Positions 17,939 to 27,685 of a stretch of DNA of 64,000 nucleotides are shown here, in pieces. The notes below the pieces were generated by a model, which saw nothing but the letters and a program-made list of their open reading frames with translations, did no database searches and was not told where the DNA came from. Numbering within the stretch: the stretch's first letter is position 1; every line of letters begins with the position of its first letter. The stretch is from assembly GCA_963776545.1 (NCBI GenBank), contig CAVZND010000001.1, forward strand, positions 278,345-342,344, read 5' to 3'. The DNA is from an uncultured Chloroflexia bacterium (GTDB taxonomy: Bacteria > Chloroflexota > Limnocylindria > Limnocylindrales > CSP1-4). The position numbers and the translations under genes are program-made.

Positions 17939-19243
17939 TTGGGCCGACGCGAGACCGGTCGCGCACGGTGGTTGACGGCTCGCGCGATGGTCGTCGCCGG
18001 CGTGGCCGTCTTCGCGATCTACCTCGGCCTGTGGGCCGCGTTGATCGGGGGCCGACACACCGACCAGGCGGACTACACCGCCTTCTACACGGGCTGGACG
18101 ATCGTGGCCGATGGCCGCGGATCCGAGCTGTACGACCCGGCCGTCCAGGCCGAGGTCCAGCGCCAGATCCTGGGTGGGCGTTCGTTCGAGGCCGGGCTGA
18201 ACCCCTTCAACAATCCGCCGCACCTCGTGGTGCCGTTCGTACCGCTCGCCTGGCTGCCCCTCGACGTCAGCTACCTCGTCTGGGCCGCCGTCCAGCTGGC
18301 CCTCCTGGCCTGGTTGATGGTGCGCCTCTGGACCGTCGTGGCGGCGGGCTGGACCCGAGACGAGCAGCTCGCGTTGGTGGCCGTCTCGCTGGCCGCCTCG
18401 CCGCTGCTCATCACGTTCCTCCAGGGCGCGTTCTCGCTGCTGCTGTGCGTGGCGGTCACCGAGGCCTATGTCGCCCTGCGAACCGGACGAGACGGGTCGG
18501 CCGGGTCATGGCTGGCCCTCGCCTCCATCAAGCCGCAGGCCGTCGCCACCCTCGGAGTCATGCTGCTCGTCGGTCGCCGGTGGCGGGCGATCGCCGCCGG
18601 GCTGGCGGTGGCCGTGGGGCTGGCGGCCGTCGCGACGCTCGTCCTCGGTCCCGCGATCTGGCGCGACTACCTCTCGTTCCTCTCCCGCTACCTGTCGACC
18701 TTCGACGAGTTCAGCGTGCGTCCGTCGGTGATGTGGAACCTGCGGGGGACGGTCACGCTGTTGATCGGACCGGAGCGCGCCGCCGACCAGGCAGCCTTGA
18801 TCAACGGCATCGGCGCCGTCGGCCAGTTGGTGGGTCTCGCGGCCGTGGCGTGGCTCTGGCGAGGACACTGGGATCCGTCCCGTCCGGAGTTCGACCTGCG
18901 CTTCGCCCTGACGATCGCGATCGGCCTGCTGACGAGCCCGCATCTGAACCCGCACGACGACCTCCTCCTGGTGCCCGCCGCCGCCATCGCCTATCGAGCG
19001 CTCCGACTCGGCCCGAACGGTGGGTGGATCGGCGTCGCGCTGGGGGCGTCGCCATTCGTGATCCTCGCGACCAATTCGGTCAGCGCGAATGACGTCGGCG
19101 GGCTGCCGGTCAGGGTCCCGGTCGTGTTGATGCTCCTGTTCGTCGCCGTCCTCGTCGTGGCGCTGGTTGGTCGGCGGCGAGATCAGTCGCCGGGCGTGAC
19201 CTCGATCGGCACGACGTCGAGCACCGAGGCGCCGTACGCGTAG
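17939..19243 (+). CDS. GT87/DUF2029-like membrane glycosyltransferase
   Basis: GAGGAGG SD before TTG 17939; ADYTAFYTG, ELYD, PFNNPP, QGAFS, SIKPQ, SPHLNPHD. Confidence 0.8.
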   Translation: MGRRETGRARWLTARAMVVAGVAVFAIYLGLWAALIGGRHTDQADYTAFYTGWTIVADGRGSELYDPAVQAEVQRQILGGRSFEAGLNPFNNPPHLVVPFVPLAWLPLDVSYLVWAAVQLALLAWLMVRLWTVVAAGWTRDEQLALVAVSLAASPLLITFLQGAFSLLLCVAVTEAYVALRTGRDGSAGSWLALASIKPQAVATLGVMLLVGRRWRAIAAGLAVAVGLAAVATLVLGPAIWRDYLSFLSRYLSTFDEFSVRPSVMWNLRGTVTLLIGPERAADQAALINGIGAVGQLVGLAAVAWLWRGHWDPSRPEFDLRFALTIAIGLLTSPHLNPHDDLLLVPAAAIAYRALRLGPNGGWIGVALGASPFVILATNSVSANDVGGLPVRVPVVLMLLFVAVLVVALVGRRRDQSPGVTSIGTTSSTEAPYA

Positions 19244-20736
19244 GTGTCATCGGGCTGCATCGGCACGTCCGCCCCGAGGTAGGCGTTCGTCAGCGTCCCG
19301 ATGATGTTGATCGGCATCGTCTTGTCGCGGAACAGCTCCGGTCGGTTCGGGGTCAGCGTCGCGAGGAACGAGCTCGACCGTTCGGTCAGGTCCGAGCCGA
19401 GGGCATTGCCCGGCAACCACCCGATGTCGGTGCCATGGTCCGAGAACAGGACGATGACCGGCGGCGTGGCAGAAGCGGCCCGGACGGCATCGACGCCGTC
19501 GAGGGTCATGTTCGCGACGGCCGCGACGTGCTCGAAGGAGCGCTGCCGACGGAGCTCCGTCGTCTCGTCGCTGCCGTGGAACGAATCCCAGGCGGCGTCC
19601 GGGCTCCCGTTCTCGGCCGAGCCATCGGCGCGGAAGACCGTCGGCGGGTGGGGCGCCACCACGTGCACGAACACGAACCGCGGACGGGTGTGCGGCTCGG
19701 CCGCGATGTCCTCGGCGGCCTGGTACGCCGCGTGGATGCGGTCGCGCATGATCCGCGAGTACCCGGTCGGGTCGATGAACTGGAGGAGGGACCCGAGCCC
19801 CGTCTGGCGGATGACCGAGATCTCGAGCTCCGACGGGCCGGGCGCTTCGATCCATCGGTCGACGTTCCGGATGTCGAGGTGGTCGTAGCCGGACGACACC
19901 CAGACCACGTCGTAGCCCGCGGCGCGGATGGCCGCAAGTCCGGCAGCGTGCTCGGTCACCGCGCGCAGCCGTCGCGCGTCGACGGCCTGGTCCGGGCCGG
20001 ACGGCGGCGCGAGGCCCTCGATGTCGACGACGTGGCGACCCTCGAACATGGTCGGGATGACCAGACGCGTGAGCAGGTAGTTGGTCCGTGAGTCGTCGTG
20101 GACGGTGAAACCGCGATCGGCGAGCGCCGTGGGAAAGGCAGCCGCGTCGTACCACGGCGCCTGGGCGGAGGCCGTCGCGCCCGGAAAGCCATCGATGAGA
20201 TAGACGTAGATGTCAGCGGCGCCGTCGGCCGCGGCCGGTCGATCGGCTGGACCGGGCGGCGGGAGCAACGCTTCCTGGATCGACGGCCAGAACCCGGGCC
20301 GCCCGACGACCGCGATGACCGCCGCCACGATCGCGACGGTGGCGACGAGCTGGAGGATCCGAGTCGCGATCGGCAGGAATCGGATCGCCCGCCCGCCTGG
20401 CAGTCGCGCCACGACGACGACCACCACCGCCACCCCGGCGAGGAGCAGGCTGGCCTCGACCCGGTCGACCACCAGCGCGACGAGCATCGCGGTCGCCGCG
20501 ATCCCCCCGAGACGTCGATCCCCGGCGAGGAGCGTCAGCACGAACGTGATCGCGAGCGACCCGACGATGACGATCACTGCCGGTCGGACGAGACTCAGCA
20601 AGTTGAGCTCGGACTGGCCCCACAGCAGCACCACGATGCCAAGCGGGAAGGCGACCGGGTAGATCGGGATCGGCCACCATGGTCGGCCGGTCGGCGTGGA
20701 CGGCGGAGCGAGATCGGAGTTCCGATCGGTCGCCAT
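19183..20736 (-). CDS. Membrane-anchored alkaline-phosphatase/sulfatase-superfamily transferase (paralogue 3)
   Basis: IPIYPVAFP, DIYVYLIDGF, TNYLLT, FVFVHVVAPHPP, LFSDHG. Confidence 0.75.
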   Translation of the reverse strand: MATDRNSDLAPPSTPTGRPWWPIPIYPVAFPLGIVVLLWGQSELNLLSLVRPAVIVIVGSLAITFVLTLLAGDRRLGGIAATAMLVALVVDRVEASLLLAGVAVVVVVVARLPGGRAIRFLPIATRILQLVATVAIVAAVIAVVGRPGFWPSIQEALLPPPGPADRPAAADGAADIYVYLIDGFPGATASAQAPWYDAAAFPTALADRGFTVHDDSRTNYLLTRLVIPTMFEGRHVVDIEGLAPPSGPDQAVDARRLRAVTEHAAGLAAIRAAGYDVVWVSSGYDHLDIRNVDRWIEAPGPSELEISVIRQTGLGSLLQFIDPTGYSRIMRDRIHAAYQAAEDIAAEPHTRPRFVFVHVVAPHPPTVFRADGSAENGSPDAAWDSFHGSDETTELRRQRSFEHVAAVANMTLDGVDAVRAASATPPVIVLFSDHGTDIGWLPGNALGSDLTERSSSFLATLTPNRPELFRDKTMPINIIGTLTNAYLGADVPMQPDDTYAYGASVLDVVPIEVTPGD

Positions 20737-22292
20737 CAGTCGCCCGGGGTCGTCTCGATGGGGACGACGTTGAGGACGGACCCGTCATAGGCGAAGGTCT
20801 CGTCGGGCTGGCGCGGCACCTTCGTGCCCATGTAGGCGTTGGTCAGTGTGCCGATGATGTTCACGGGCGTGGTGGGCTCCTTGAAGAGGTCGGGGTGCCC
20901 CGGCGTCAGGCTGGCGAGAAAGGAGCTCGTGCGTTCGGCCAGATCCGATGTCATGGGCGTGCTGTCATCCCAGCCGACATCAGTGCCGTGGTCGGAGAAG
21001 ATGACGATCGCCGGCGGCGTCGGGGCGGCGGATCGTAGCGCATCGACGCTGGCGACGGTCATCCGACCGATCGTCTCGACGAACCCCACGCGTCGGGCGA
21101 CGCGTTCGCTCGCCGTTTGCTCCGCGGGATCGAAGGTGTCCCAGCGCGAATCCGGGCTGCGATCCTCCGGGCCACCGCTGGCCGTATAGACCGGCGGCGG
21201 GTGGGGTGCCGGCACGTGGACGAAAACGAACCGTGGCCGGTCGTGCGGCTCGGCGACGACGGCCGGGGCTTCGGCGAACGCCGCCTCGATGCGCGTTCGC
21301 ATGACGTCCGCGAAGCCGTACGGGTCGATGGCTTGGAGGATGTCGCCGATCGCGGTCTGGCGGAACAGCACCATCTCGAATTCGTTCGGCCCGGGGGCGT
21401 CGATCCGCCGGTCGACGTTCCGGATGTCGAGATGGCTCCAACCCGACGACACCCAGACGACGTCGTAGCCGGCCGCCCGGATGGCGGCGAGGCCGGCCGA
21501 GGTCTCCTGAACGGACCGGAGCCGGCGGGCGTCGGCGGCGGGTTCGTCGCCGTACGGGCCCGCGAGCGCGGGGATGTCGGCGATGTGCCGTCCCTCCAGC
21601 ATCGAGGCGAGCACGATCCGCGTGATCAGGTAGTTCGTTCGCGCATCGGCATGGACGGTGAACCCCCGATCCCTGAGCGCCGCAGGAAACGTCGCTGCGT
21701 CAACGCCTGGCAGGCGGCTGGCGGCCGTGAGTCCCGGGTAGCCGTCGATGAGGTACACGACGATGTCAGGAGTTCCTGGCGGCGGCATGGGCCGATCCGC
21801 TGGTCCCGGCGGCGAGAGGAACGGCTCACGGATGACCGTGAGGAACCCCGGCCGCCCAGCCACGTACAGGAGCGCGGCCAGGATCAAGATCGTCGCGATC
21901 AGCTCGAGCAGTCGAGTCGCCGTCCTCGCGACCCGAAGGTTCCGCCCCTGCGGGATGTAGCCGATGAGCACGACGACGATCGCGACGCCGACGAGCATGA
22001 CGCGTGCCGCCGGCTGGTCGACGATGAGACCGATCATCAATGCCGACGTCGCGATCGCGCCGAGGCGTCGGTCTCCGGCCAGCCGGCCGAGCAGGAGGTT
22101 CAACCCGACCGCGGCGACCAACGCGATCACCGCCGGGCGCACGAGCTCGGCGAGGCTGATCTCCGACTCGCCCCAGATGAGCACGATGATGCTCAGCGGG
22201 AAGGCGGCCGGATAGAGGAGGGTCTGCCATCCGGAGCCGCGACGGGGCGCAGGCGTTGCCGCGGGCGCATCCGCGACGACCGAGGCCGTCAC
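20736..22292 (-). CDS. Membrane-anchored alkaline-phosphatase/sulfatase-superfamily transferase (paralogue 4)
   Basis: LLYPAAFP, PDIVVYLIDGY, TNYLIT, FVFVHVPAPHPP, IFSDHG; close tandem paralogue of 19183..20736. Confidence 0.75.
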   Translation of the reverse strand: MTASVVADAPAATPAPRRGSGWQTLLYPAAFPLSIIVLIWGESEISLAELVRPAVIALVAAVGLNLLLGRLAGDRRLGAIATSALMIGLIVDQPAARVMLVGVAIVVVLIGYIPQGRNLRVARTATRLLELIATILILAALLYVAGRPGFLTVIREPFLSPPGPADRPMPPPGTPDIVVYLIDGYPGLTAASRLPGVDAATFPAALRDRGFTVHADARTNYLITRIVLASMLEGRHIADIPALAGPYGDEPAADARRLRSVQETSAGLAAIRAAGYDVVWVSSGWSHLDIRNVDRRIDAPGPNEFEMVLFRQTAIGDILQAIDPYGFADVMRTRIEAAFAEAPAVVAEPHDRPRFVFVHVPAPHPPPVYTASGGPEDRSPDSRWDTFDPAEQTASERVARRVGFVETIGRMTVASVDALRSAAPTPPAIVIFSDHGTDVGWDDSTPMTSDLAERTSSFLASLTPGHPDLFKEPTTPVNIIGTLTNAYMGTKVPRQPDETFAYDGSVLNVVPIETTPGD

Positions 22293-23107
22293 GCTCGCGC
22301 GACCGGCTCAGGGGCTAGCGGTCGTCGAAGGAGCGGCAGGCAGGCGGCGCAGATGGCGAACCCGCTGACCCACAGGACGGGCAGCGCGAAGGTCGCGCCG
22401 AGCGGCACGGTCCAGCGCCGGTCCGTGCGCGCACCCCAAGCGACGAGGACGAGCGCCAGCGGGAACCGGATGAGCAGCGGGATGGCGATCTGGAATTGCG
22501 CGACCGAGCCACCTTCGGGTGTCGTGGAGAGGAACTGGATCCAGTCCACCCAGAGGTCGCCATCCACGATGACCGAGACCCCCACGATGGCCGCGGTGAC
22601 CCCTAGCGCGATCGCCAGGGCCCGCCACTCACGCCGGACGGCGAACCAGACGAGACCGATCCCCGGCGTGACCTTGGTCAGTAGCACGAACCCCCACGTC
22701 CACGGATAGCGGAAGCCCAGCACGATCGCGGCCGCGATCCAGAGATGGATGTTCCCGTGATACAGCTCCAGCGCGACCGGTGGCAGGGCGAGGAGCCAGA
22801 GTGTCCGGACGCCTCGCTGACCGAGAAAGATGAGGTTCCCGACGAGGAGCGCGGTCCAGATCCAGAGGAACGACGGCCACGCGATGGCCCCGAACGGGTC
22901 GAACAACCGGGCGATCGGCGGCGAGTAGTTGAACGCCCCGAGCCCGCCTACGCCAGCGCCGTATGGGTCGTTACCATCGACCGCCCAGTAGGCGAACGCA
23001 TCGAACCCGAACGTGCCGGCCGACGGCGCGACGACGATGAACAGGTACGCGGCGAAGAGGAGGCCGGCGATGATGGCGCCGTCGCGGACGGCGCGGGCGG
23101 CGGTCAT
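22289..23107 (-). CDS. GT87/DUF2029-like membrane glycosyltransferase
   Basis: GFDAFAYW, FNYSPP, ELYHGNIHL, TKVTPG. Confidence 0.75.
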   Translation of the reverse strand: MTAARAVRDGAIIAGLLFAAYLFIVVAPSAGTFGFDAFAYWAVDGNDPYGAGVGGLGAFNYSPPIARLFDPFGAIAWPSFLWIWTALLVGNLIFLGQRGVRTLWLLALPPVALELYHGNIHLWIAAAIVLGFRYPWTWGFVLLTKVTPGIGLVWFAVRREWRALAIALGVTAAIVGVSVIVDGDLWVDWIQFLSTTPEGGSVAQFQIAIPLLIRFPLALVLVAWGARTDRRWTVPLGATFALPVLWVSGFAICAACLPLLRRPLAPEPVARA

Positions 23108-23193
23108 CCCGGCATCGTGTCAGCCGAGTCGGTCGTTGGACACCGAACCATCGTACCGCCGCGGACCGGTCGGACGACGTTGATACTTCGGCC

Positions 23194-24294
23194 GTGTCGA
23201 TGAACGGATCCCCGCCGGCGTTGCTCGGCCCGGGCACTCGGGCGACCGCGGCGGTCCGCCTGGTCCTGGCCGCCGCCGCCCTCGTCGTCTTCGTCGTGAC
23301 CGACCTCCAGATCGTGGCGAACGTCGCGCCCGCCGTCGATGTCGGGATCCCCCTGGCAGCGACGGAACGATGGTTGGCCGGCGAGTCGGTCTACCTGGAG
23401 GCGAGCTTCACGGATCCGGCCGCCTTCGGGCAACCCTTCCTGTACCCGCCGTTCGTGCTCCCGTTTCTCGTCCCGCTGACCGCCATCCCGGAGGAGCTGG
23501 CGCGGGCGATCGGGCTGGCCGTGACGTTCCTTGCGGCCGTGGTGATCTGCCGGCGGCTCGCGATCCCTTGGCTGATCGTGCCCGGGGTGTTGCTCTGGGA
23601 GCCCATGTTCGGTGGCATCTGGGGCGCGAACGTCCAGATGCTCCTCGTCGCAGCCTTCGTGGCGGCCTTCTGGATCGCCCCGTCCCGGCACGACCTTCGG
23701 CCGGAGCCGCGCGACCTCGACGCCCCCGGTGCGGTGACGCCGAGGATCGGCTGGTACGCGGCGACGGTCGCCAGCGTCAAGGCGACCCAGGTCCACGCGT
23801 GGCTCGCCGTCGCGTCCCGGGCCCCGAGAGCCGCGATCGTCGGGGCGTCACCGTGGGCGATCGTCGCCCTGGTCACGCTCCCGATCGTCGGGGTCGCGCT
23901 GTACGCCGACTGGCTGGCGCAGCTGTCGCGCGCATCGGATCCGAGCTGGGCCGCGATGGGTCCGTCTCTGCTCAAGTATCTCCCGGCGTGGACCGTGGCC
24001 GCGCTCACGCTCGCGTCGTTGGTCGTCGCCGTACGGCTGCGCGGACCGGACACCGGGGCGTGGCTCGGCATCCTGATGCTCCTGGTCGCGCCGAACATGC
24101 ATGACTTCAACGGGCTGCTGCTCCTGCCCGCCCTACTGCGCGTCCGGCGGGAGTTCGCCCTGCTCGCGGCGCTGCTCACGTCCACCGCCACCGCCGAGGG
24201 CTGGTGGCTCGGAATCGCCATCGTCGTCGTGGCCATGTTCGCCGGACGGTCCTGGCCGGATGCGTACGAACCGCGCCCCGCGTCGTGGCCCTGA
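23194..24294 (+). CDS. GT87/DUF2029-like membrane glycosyltransferase
   Basis: AVDVGIP..A..RWLAGESVY, FLYPPF, GANVQ, APNMHDF; start GTG 23194 or ATG 23200. Confidence 0.7.
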   Translation: MSMNGSPPALLGPGTRATAAVRLVLAAAALVVFVVTDLQIVANVAPAVDVGIPLAATERWLAGESVYLEASFTDPAAFGQPFLYPPFVLPFLVPLTAIPEELARAIGLAVTFLAAVVICRRLAIPWLIVPGVLLWEPMFGGIWGANVQMLLVAAFVAAFWIAPSRHDLRPEPRDLDAPGAVTPRIGWYAATVASVKATQVHAWLAVASRAPRAAIVGASPWAIVALVTLPIVGVALYADWLAQLSRASDPSWAAMGPSLLKYLPAWTVAALTLASLVVAVRLRGPDTGAWLGILMLLVAPNMHDFNGLLLLPALLRVRREFALLAALLTSTATAEGWWLGIAIVVVAMFAGRSWPDAYEPRPASWP

Positions 24295-24357
24295 TTCGGA
24301 CCCCAGCCGTTCCCCGCCGATAGGCGGAAGGTACTGGTCGGCGAGCCCGGAACCCGG

Positions 24358-24366
24358 TGCTACGCT
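24358..24366 (+). promoter_or_regulatory. Putative extended -10 TGcTACGCT
   Basis: 9 nt upstream of GTG 24376; no SD. Confidence 0.45.
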
Positions 24367-24375
24367 GCACCGGCC

Positions 24376-26028
24376 GTGCGTATCCCCCTACTGCTGTACG
24401 GGCTCGCCCTGGCCGTTCGGGCGGTCCTCATCTGGCACTTCCCGGAGCCGGCCTACCCCGATTCGTCCTACTACGTCGACGTCGCGCGGGCCCTCCATGC
24501 GGGGCAGGGCTTCAACGTCGACTTCATCTGGATCTTCGCCGAGGTCGGGGGCACGATCCCGGCCGACCCGACCCTGCCCATCCCGTCGAACGCGCACTGG
24601 ATGCCGCTCGCATCGATCGTCCAGGTGCCGTTCCTCGCCGTGTTCGGCGATGCCGCCTGGGCGTCGGCGGCACCGTTCGCCCTGATCGGCTCCCTGGCCG
24701 CACCCCTGACCTGGCTGATCGCGCGCGACGCGGGCGCCCGGTCCTGGATCCAGACCGGCGCGGGCGTCCTGGTCGCGGTCCCGCTGTTGTCGGCGGTCTA
24801 TCTCGTCCAGCCGGACAACTTCTCGCTCTACCAGCCGCTGGTCGCGGGCTCACTCTGGCTCGGCGCTCGCGGGCTCAAGGGGTCGGGCTGGGCCTTCGCG
24901 GGCGCCGGCGTGCTCGCCGGACTGGCGACACTGTCGCGCAACGACGGGCTCCTGGTGCTGGTCGCTCTCGGCCTGGCCTTCGCGTGGGATCGCTGGCGAG
25001 CCTGGCGCTCGGCCGGCGCCCGACGACCGGCGATCCCGTTCGCCGCGGCGGTGGCCTGCGTCGGGCTCTTCGGGCTCGTCATGGCGCCGTGGTGGGCGCG
25101 CCAGCTGGCCGTCTTCGGCTCGCTATCGCCATCCACGGCGTCGGGCAAGGTCCTCTTCATCCGTGACATCTCGGAGTGGAACAGCATCACGACGCCGGCC
25201 ACCCTGGAGCACCTCCTGGGCATGGGCGCCGGGCCGCTCATCGCCAGCCGGGTCGGGGGCCTGGCGGCCGCCGTGATGATCTATGCGACCCTGGTCGCGG
25301 GGTTCGTGCTCGCGCCGTTCATGCTCGTCGGTGGCTGGGCCCGACGGCGGTCGATCGACTTCGGGCCCTTCTTCGCCTTCACCGGTCTCCTGTTCGCGTT
25401 CTCCGCCCTGGTCTCCGCGGTCCATGTCCCCGGTGGCACGTTCATCCACTCGGCGATCGCGCTGGCGCCGCACTCCTACATCCTGGCCCTGGAGGGCATC
25501 GCGGTCGCGGTCGCGTGGGTCGCGCGTCGCCGGCCGACCTGGGACGCGGAGGCGGGCGCCCGGTTCTTCGGGACCGCGGCGGTCGTGTTCGCGGTCGTGT
25601 GTGCCGTGGGCGGCACGCTCGTGGTCCACGCCAACTGGGCGAAGCGGGCGGACCGGTTTCGCGCGGTCGCGGGCGCGCTCGACACGGCGGGAGCCCCGGT
25701 CAGCGACCGCGTCATGTCCATCGATGCGTCCGGCACCAGGTACTGGACCGGCCGTGGCGGCGTGGTCCTCGTCAACGACCCGCTGGACACGGTCGAGGCC
25801 GTCGCGCGAGCGTACGGCATCCACTGGCTCGTCCTCGACGCCGGTGACACCGTCACGGCGGCCGGGCCGATCCTCGACGACGACACCCGGCCGGCCTGGA
25901 TCGGGCCGCCCGTCTACACGGAGCCGCGGAGCGGCACGACGGGCGGCGAACGCTTCGGCGTGGGCGTGTACCCGGTCTGCCTCGAACCCGACGATCACCG
26001 CTGCGCGGCGACGGGGAGCGCCTCGTGA
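24376..26028 (+). CDS. GT39/ArnT-like (GT-C) membrane glycosyltransferase
   Basis: YPDSSYYVDVARAL..G.G, WMPL, GLATLSRNDG, PWWAR...FGS. Confidence 0.7.
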   Translation: MRIPLLLYGLALAVRAVLIWHFPEPAYPDSSYYVDVARALHAGQGFNVDFIWIFAEVGGTIPADPTLPIPSNAHWMPLASIVQVPFLAVFGDAAWASAAPFALIGSLAAPLTWLIARDAGARSWIQTGAGVLVAVPLLSAVYLVQPDNFSLYQPLVAGSLWLGARGLKGSGWAFAGAGVLAGLATLSRNDGLLVLVALGLAFAWDRWRAWRSAGARRPAIPFAAAVACVGLFGLVMAPWWARQLAVFGSLSPSTASGKVLFIRDISEWNSITTPATLEHLLGMGAGPLIASRVGGLAAAVMIYATLVAGFVLAPFMLVGGWARRRSIDFGPFFAFTGLLFAFSALVSAVHVPGGTFIHSAIALAPHSYILALEGIAVAVAWVARRRPTWDAEAGARFFGTAAVVFAVVCAVGGTLVVHANWAKRADRFRAVAGALDTAGAPVSDRVMSIDASGTRYWTGRGGVVLVNDPLDTVEAVARAYGIHWLVLDAGDTVTAAGPILDDDTRPAWIGPPVYTEPRSGTTGGERFGVGVYPVCLEPDDHRCAATGSAS

Positions 26029-27659
26029 CCCGGCGCGAGATGTGGCTGTCGGTCGCGCTCGTCTTTGTCGTCGCACTCGTGACGCGCGCGATCTTCGCCT
26101 CGCAGATCGTGTTCCCCAAGCCCGAGGACACCGCCTATTACGTCGGGGTCGCGCGTAACCTGCTGGACGGACGTGGCCTGGTCTCCGACGCCCTGTGGAG
26201 CTACCAGACGCCGCCGCTGATGTTCCCGCGGCCGGCTTTCGAGGTCTGGCTGCCGCTGCCGACGTTCCTTGCCGCCATCCCGATGGCCATCGCCGGTTCG
26301 ACGTTCCAGGCCGCCCAGGTCTCGTCGATCGTGGTCGGGGCGCTCGTGCCGGTCCTGGCGTGGCGTCTGGCCGCCGACGTCGCAGAGGAACGAGGCCTGC
26401 CTATCGGCCGGGCCCGGACCCTGGCCCTCGGCACGGGCCTCACGACGGCGTTCTACCTGCCCCTGCTCCTGCATTCCGCCCTGCCGGACTCGACGATGCC
26501 ATTCGCCGCGCTCGCCCTGGCGGCCTGCCTGCTGATGACCCGGATCGCGCGCGACCCGCGCGGCGCGCGCCTGACCGATCCACGCGTCATCGGCCTGGGA
26601 GCCCTCATCGGCCTGGCCGCGCTGACCCGCAACGAGGCCGCCTGGCTCGGGCTGACATGGGCGATGGTGGCCTGGCTCGCGCCGGCGACGACCCGGATCG
26701 AGCGAGTCCGGATGATCGGCCTCGCCGGGGCCGTCGCCCTGCTGGTCTTCGCGCCATGGGCGTGGCGCGACTGGGCGGTCTTCGGCAGCCCGTTGCCGGG
26801 CCAGGCGGCGGCGAACGCCCTGTCCGTGACGGGCTTCGACATCTTCGCCTGGAACGATCCACCGACGCTCGCTCGCTACCTCGCGGTCGGGCCCGCCCGG
26901 CTCCTCGAGATGCGGGTGGAGGGCCTGGCCCACAACCTGTTCTCCGTCCTGTTGCTGCCTGGGGTGCCGATCTCGCTGATCGGGTTCGCCGCGCTGCCGT
27001 GGCAGGGTCGCGACCGCGCCACCCGTCCGGTCGTCCTGCTGGGGCTGATGATGTTCCTCATCACCAGCCTGGCCTTCCCGGTCGCCACGACCTGGGGCAC
27101 GTTCCTGCACGCGGCGGGTCCGGTCCACGTCCTGCTCGTCCTCTCGGCGCTCCTCGCCCTGGATGCGGCCATCGCGCGCCTCGGCGCCAGGCTCGGCTGG
27201 ACGCGTCCGGTGGCCTGGCTCGGGGCGCTGCTCGGGGTCTTCGGGTCGCTCCTGTTCTCGATCGCCGTCCTGCCGTCATTCGGGAGTGGCTCGCGCGCGA
27301 CTGCCGCCCTGTACGAGGAGCTGGCCACGCGGATGGCCGCCATCGGGCATCCCCTTGACGCGTCGAGCGGGCCGATCATCACCAACTTCCCGATCTGGCT
27401 GGCCGAGACGCCCGGCGTGCGAGCCCTGGCCCTTCCGGCGGAAGGGCCCAGCGACATCGTCGATCTGGCCACCGACCCGGCATTCGCGGGGACGCAGCTC
27501 GTGATCGTCATCGGCGACGATCACGGCGGCTGGCCGGGCATCCTGGATCAGCCCGGGCCGGATGTCGCGTGCTTCCATGAGCTCGACCTGGGCCCAGGGC
27601 CGCCTGGTCGCGACGATGCGCTCGGCGACGTCCGGGCTTTCGAGATCGCCTGCCCATGA
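26025..27659 (+). CDS. GT39/ArnT-like (GT-C) membrane glycosyltransferase, paralogue of the preceding gene
   Basis: PEDTAYYVGVARNL..GRG, WLPL, GLAALTRNEA, PWAWR...FGS; GTGA overlap. Confidence 0.7.
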   Translation: MTRREMWLSVALVFVVALVTRAIFASQIVFPKPEDTAYYVGVARNLLDGRGLVSDALWSYQTPPLMFPRPAFEVWLPLPTFLAAIPMAIAGSTFQAAQVSSIVVGALVPVLAWRLAADVAEERGLPIGRARTLALGTGLTTAFYLPLLLHSALPDSTMPFAALALAACLLMTRIARDPRGARLTDPRVIGLGALIGLAALTRNEAAWLGLTWAMVAWLAPATTRIERVRMIGLAGAVALLVFAPWAWRDWAVFGSPLPGQAAANALSVTGFDIFAWNDPPTLARYLAVGPARLLEMRVEGLAHNLFSVLLLPGVPISLIGFAALPWQGRDRATRPVVLLGLMMFLITSLAFPVATTWGTFLHAAGPVHVLLVLSALLALDAAIARLGARLGWTRPVAWLGALLGVFGSLLFSIAVLPSFGSGSRATAALYEELATRMAAIGHPLDASSGPIITNFPIWLAETPGVRALALPAEGPSDIVDLATDPAFAGTQLVIVIGDDHGGWPGILDQPGPDVACFHELDLGPGPPGRDDALGDVRAFEIACP

Positions 27660-27670
27660 AAGGCGACCCC

Positions 27671-27676
27671 TATACT
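27671..27676 (+). promoter_or_regulatory. Putative -10 box TATACT for the kinase-regulator operon
   Basis: Near-consensus -10, 9 nt upstream of in-frame ATG 27686. Confidence 0.55.
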
Positions 27677-27685
27677 CGGGCGCAG

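Noticed and set aside
19183-19243. 61-nt overlap of convergent 3' ends (also 392-418)
   Set aside because: Such overlaps are common in GC-rich genomes and nothing here suggests a function.
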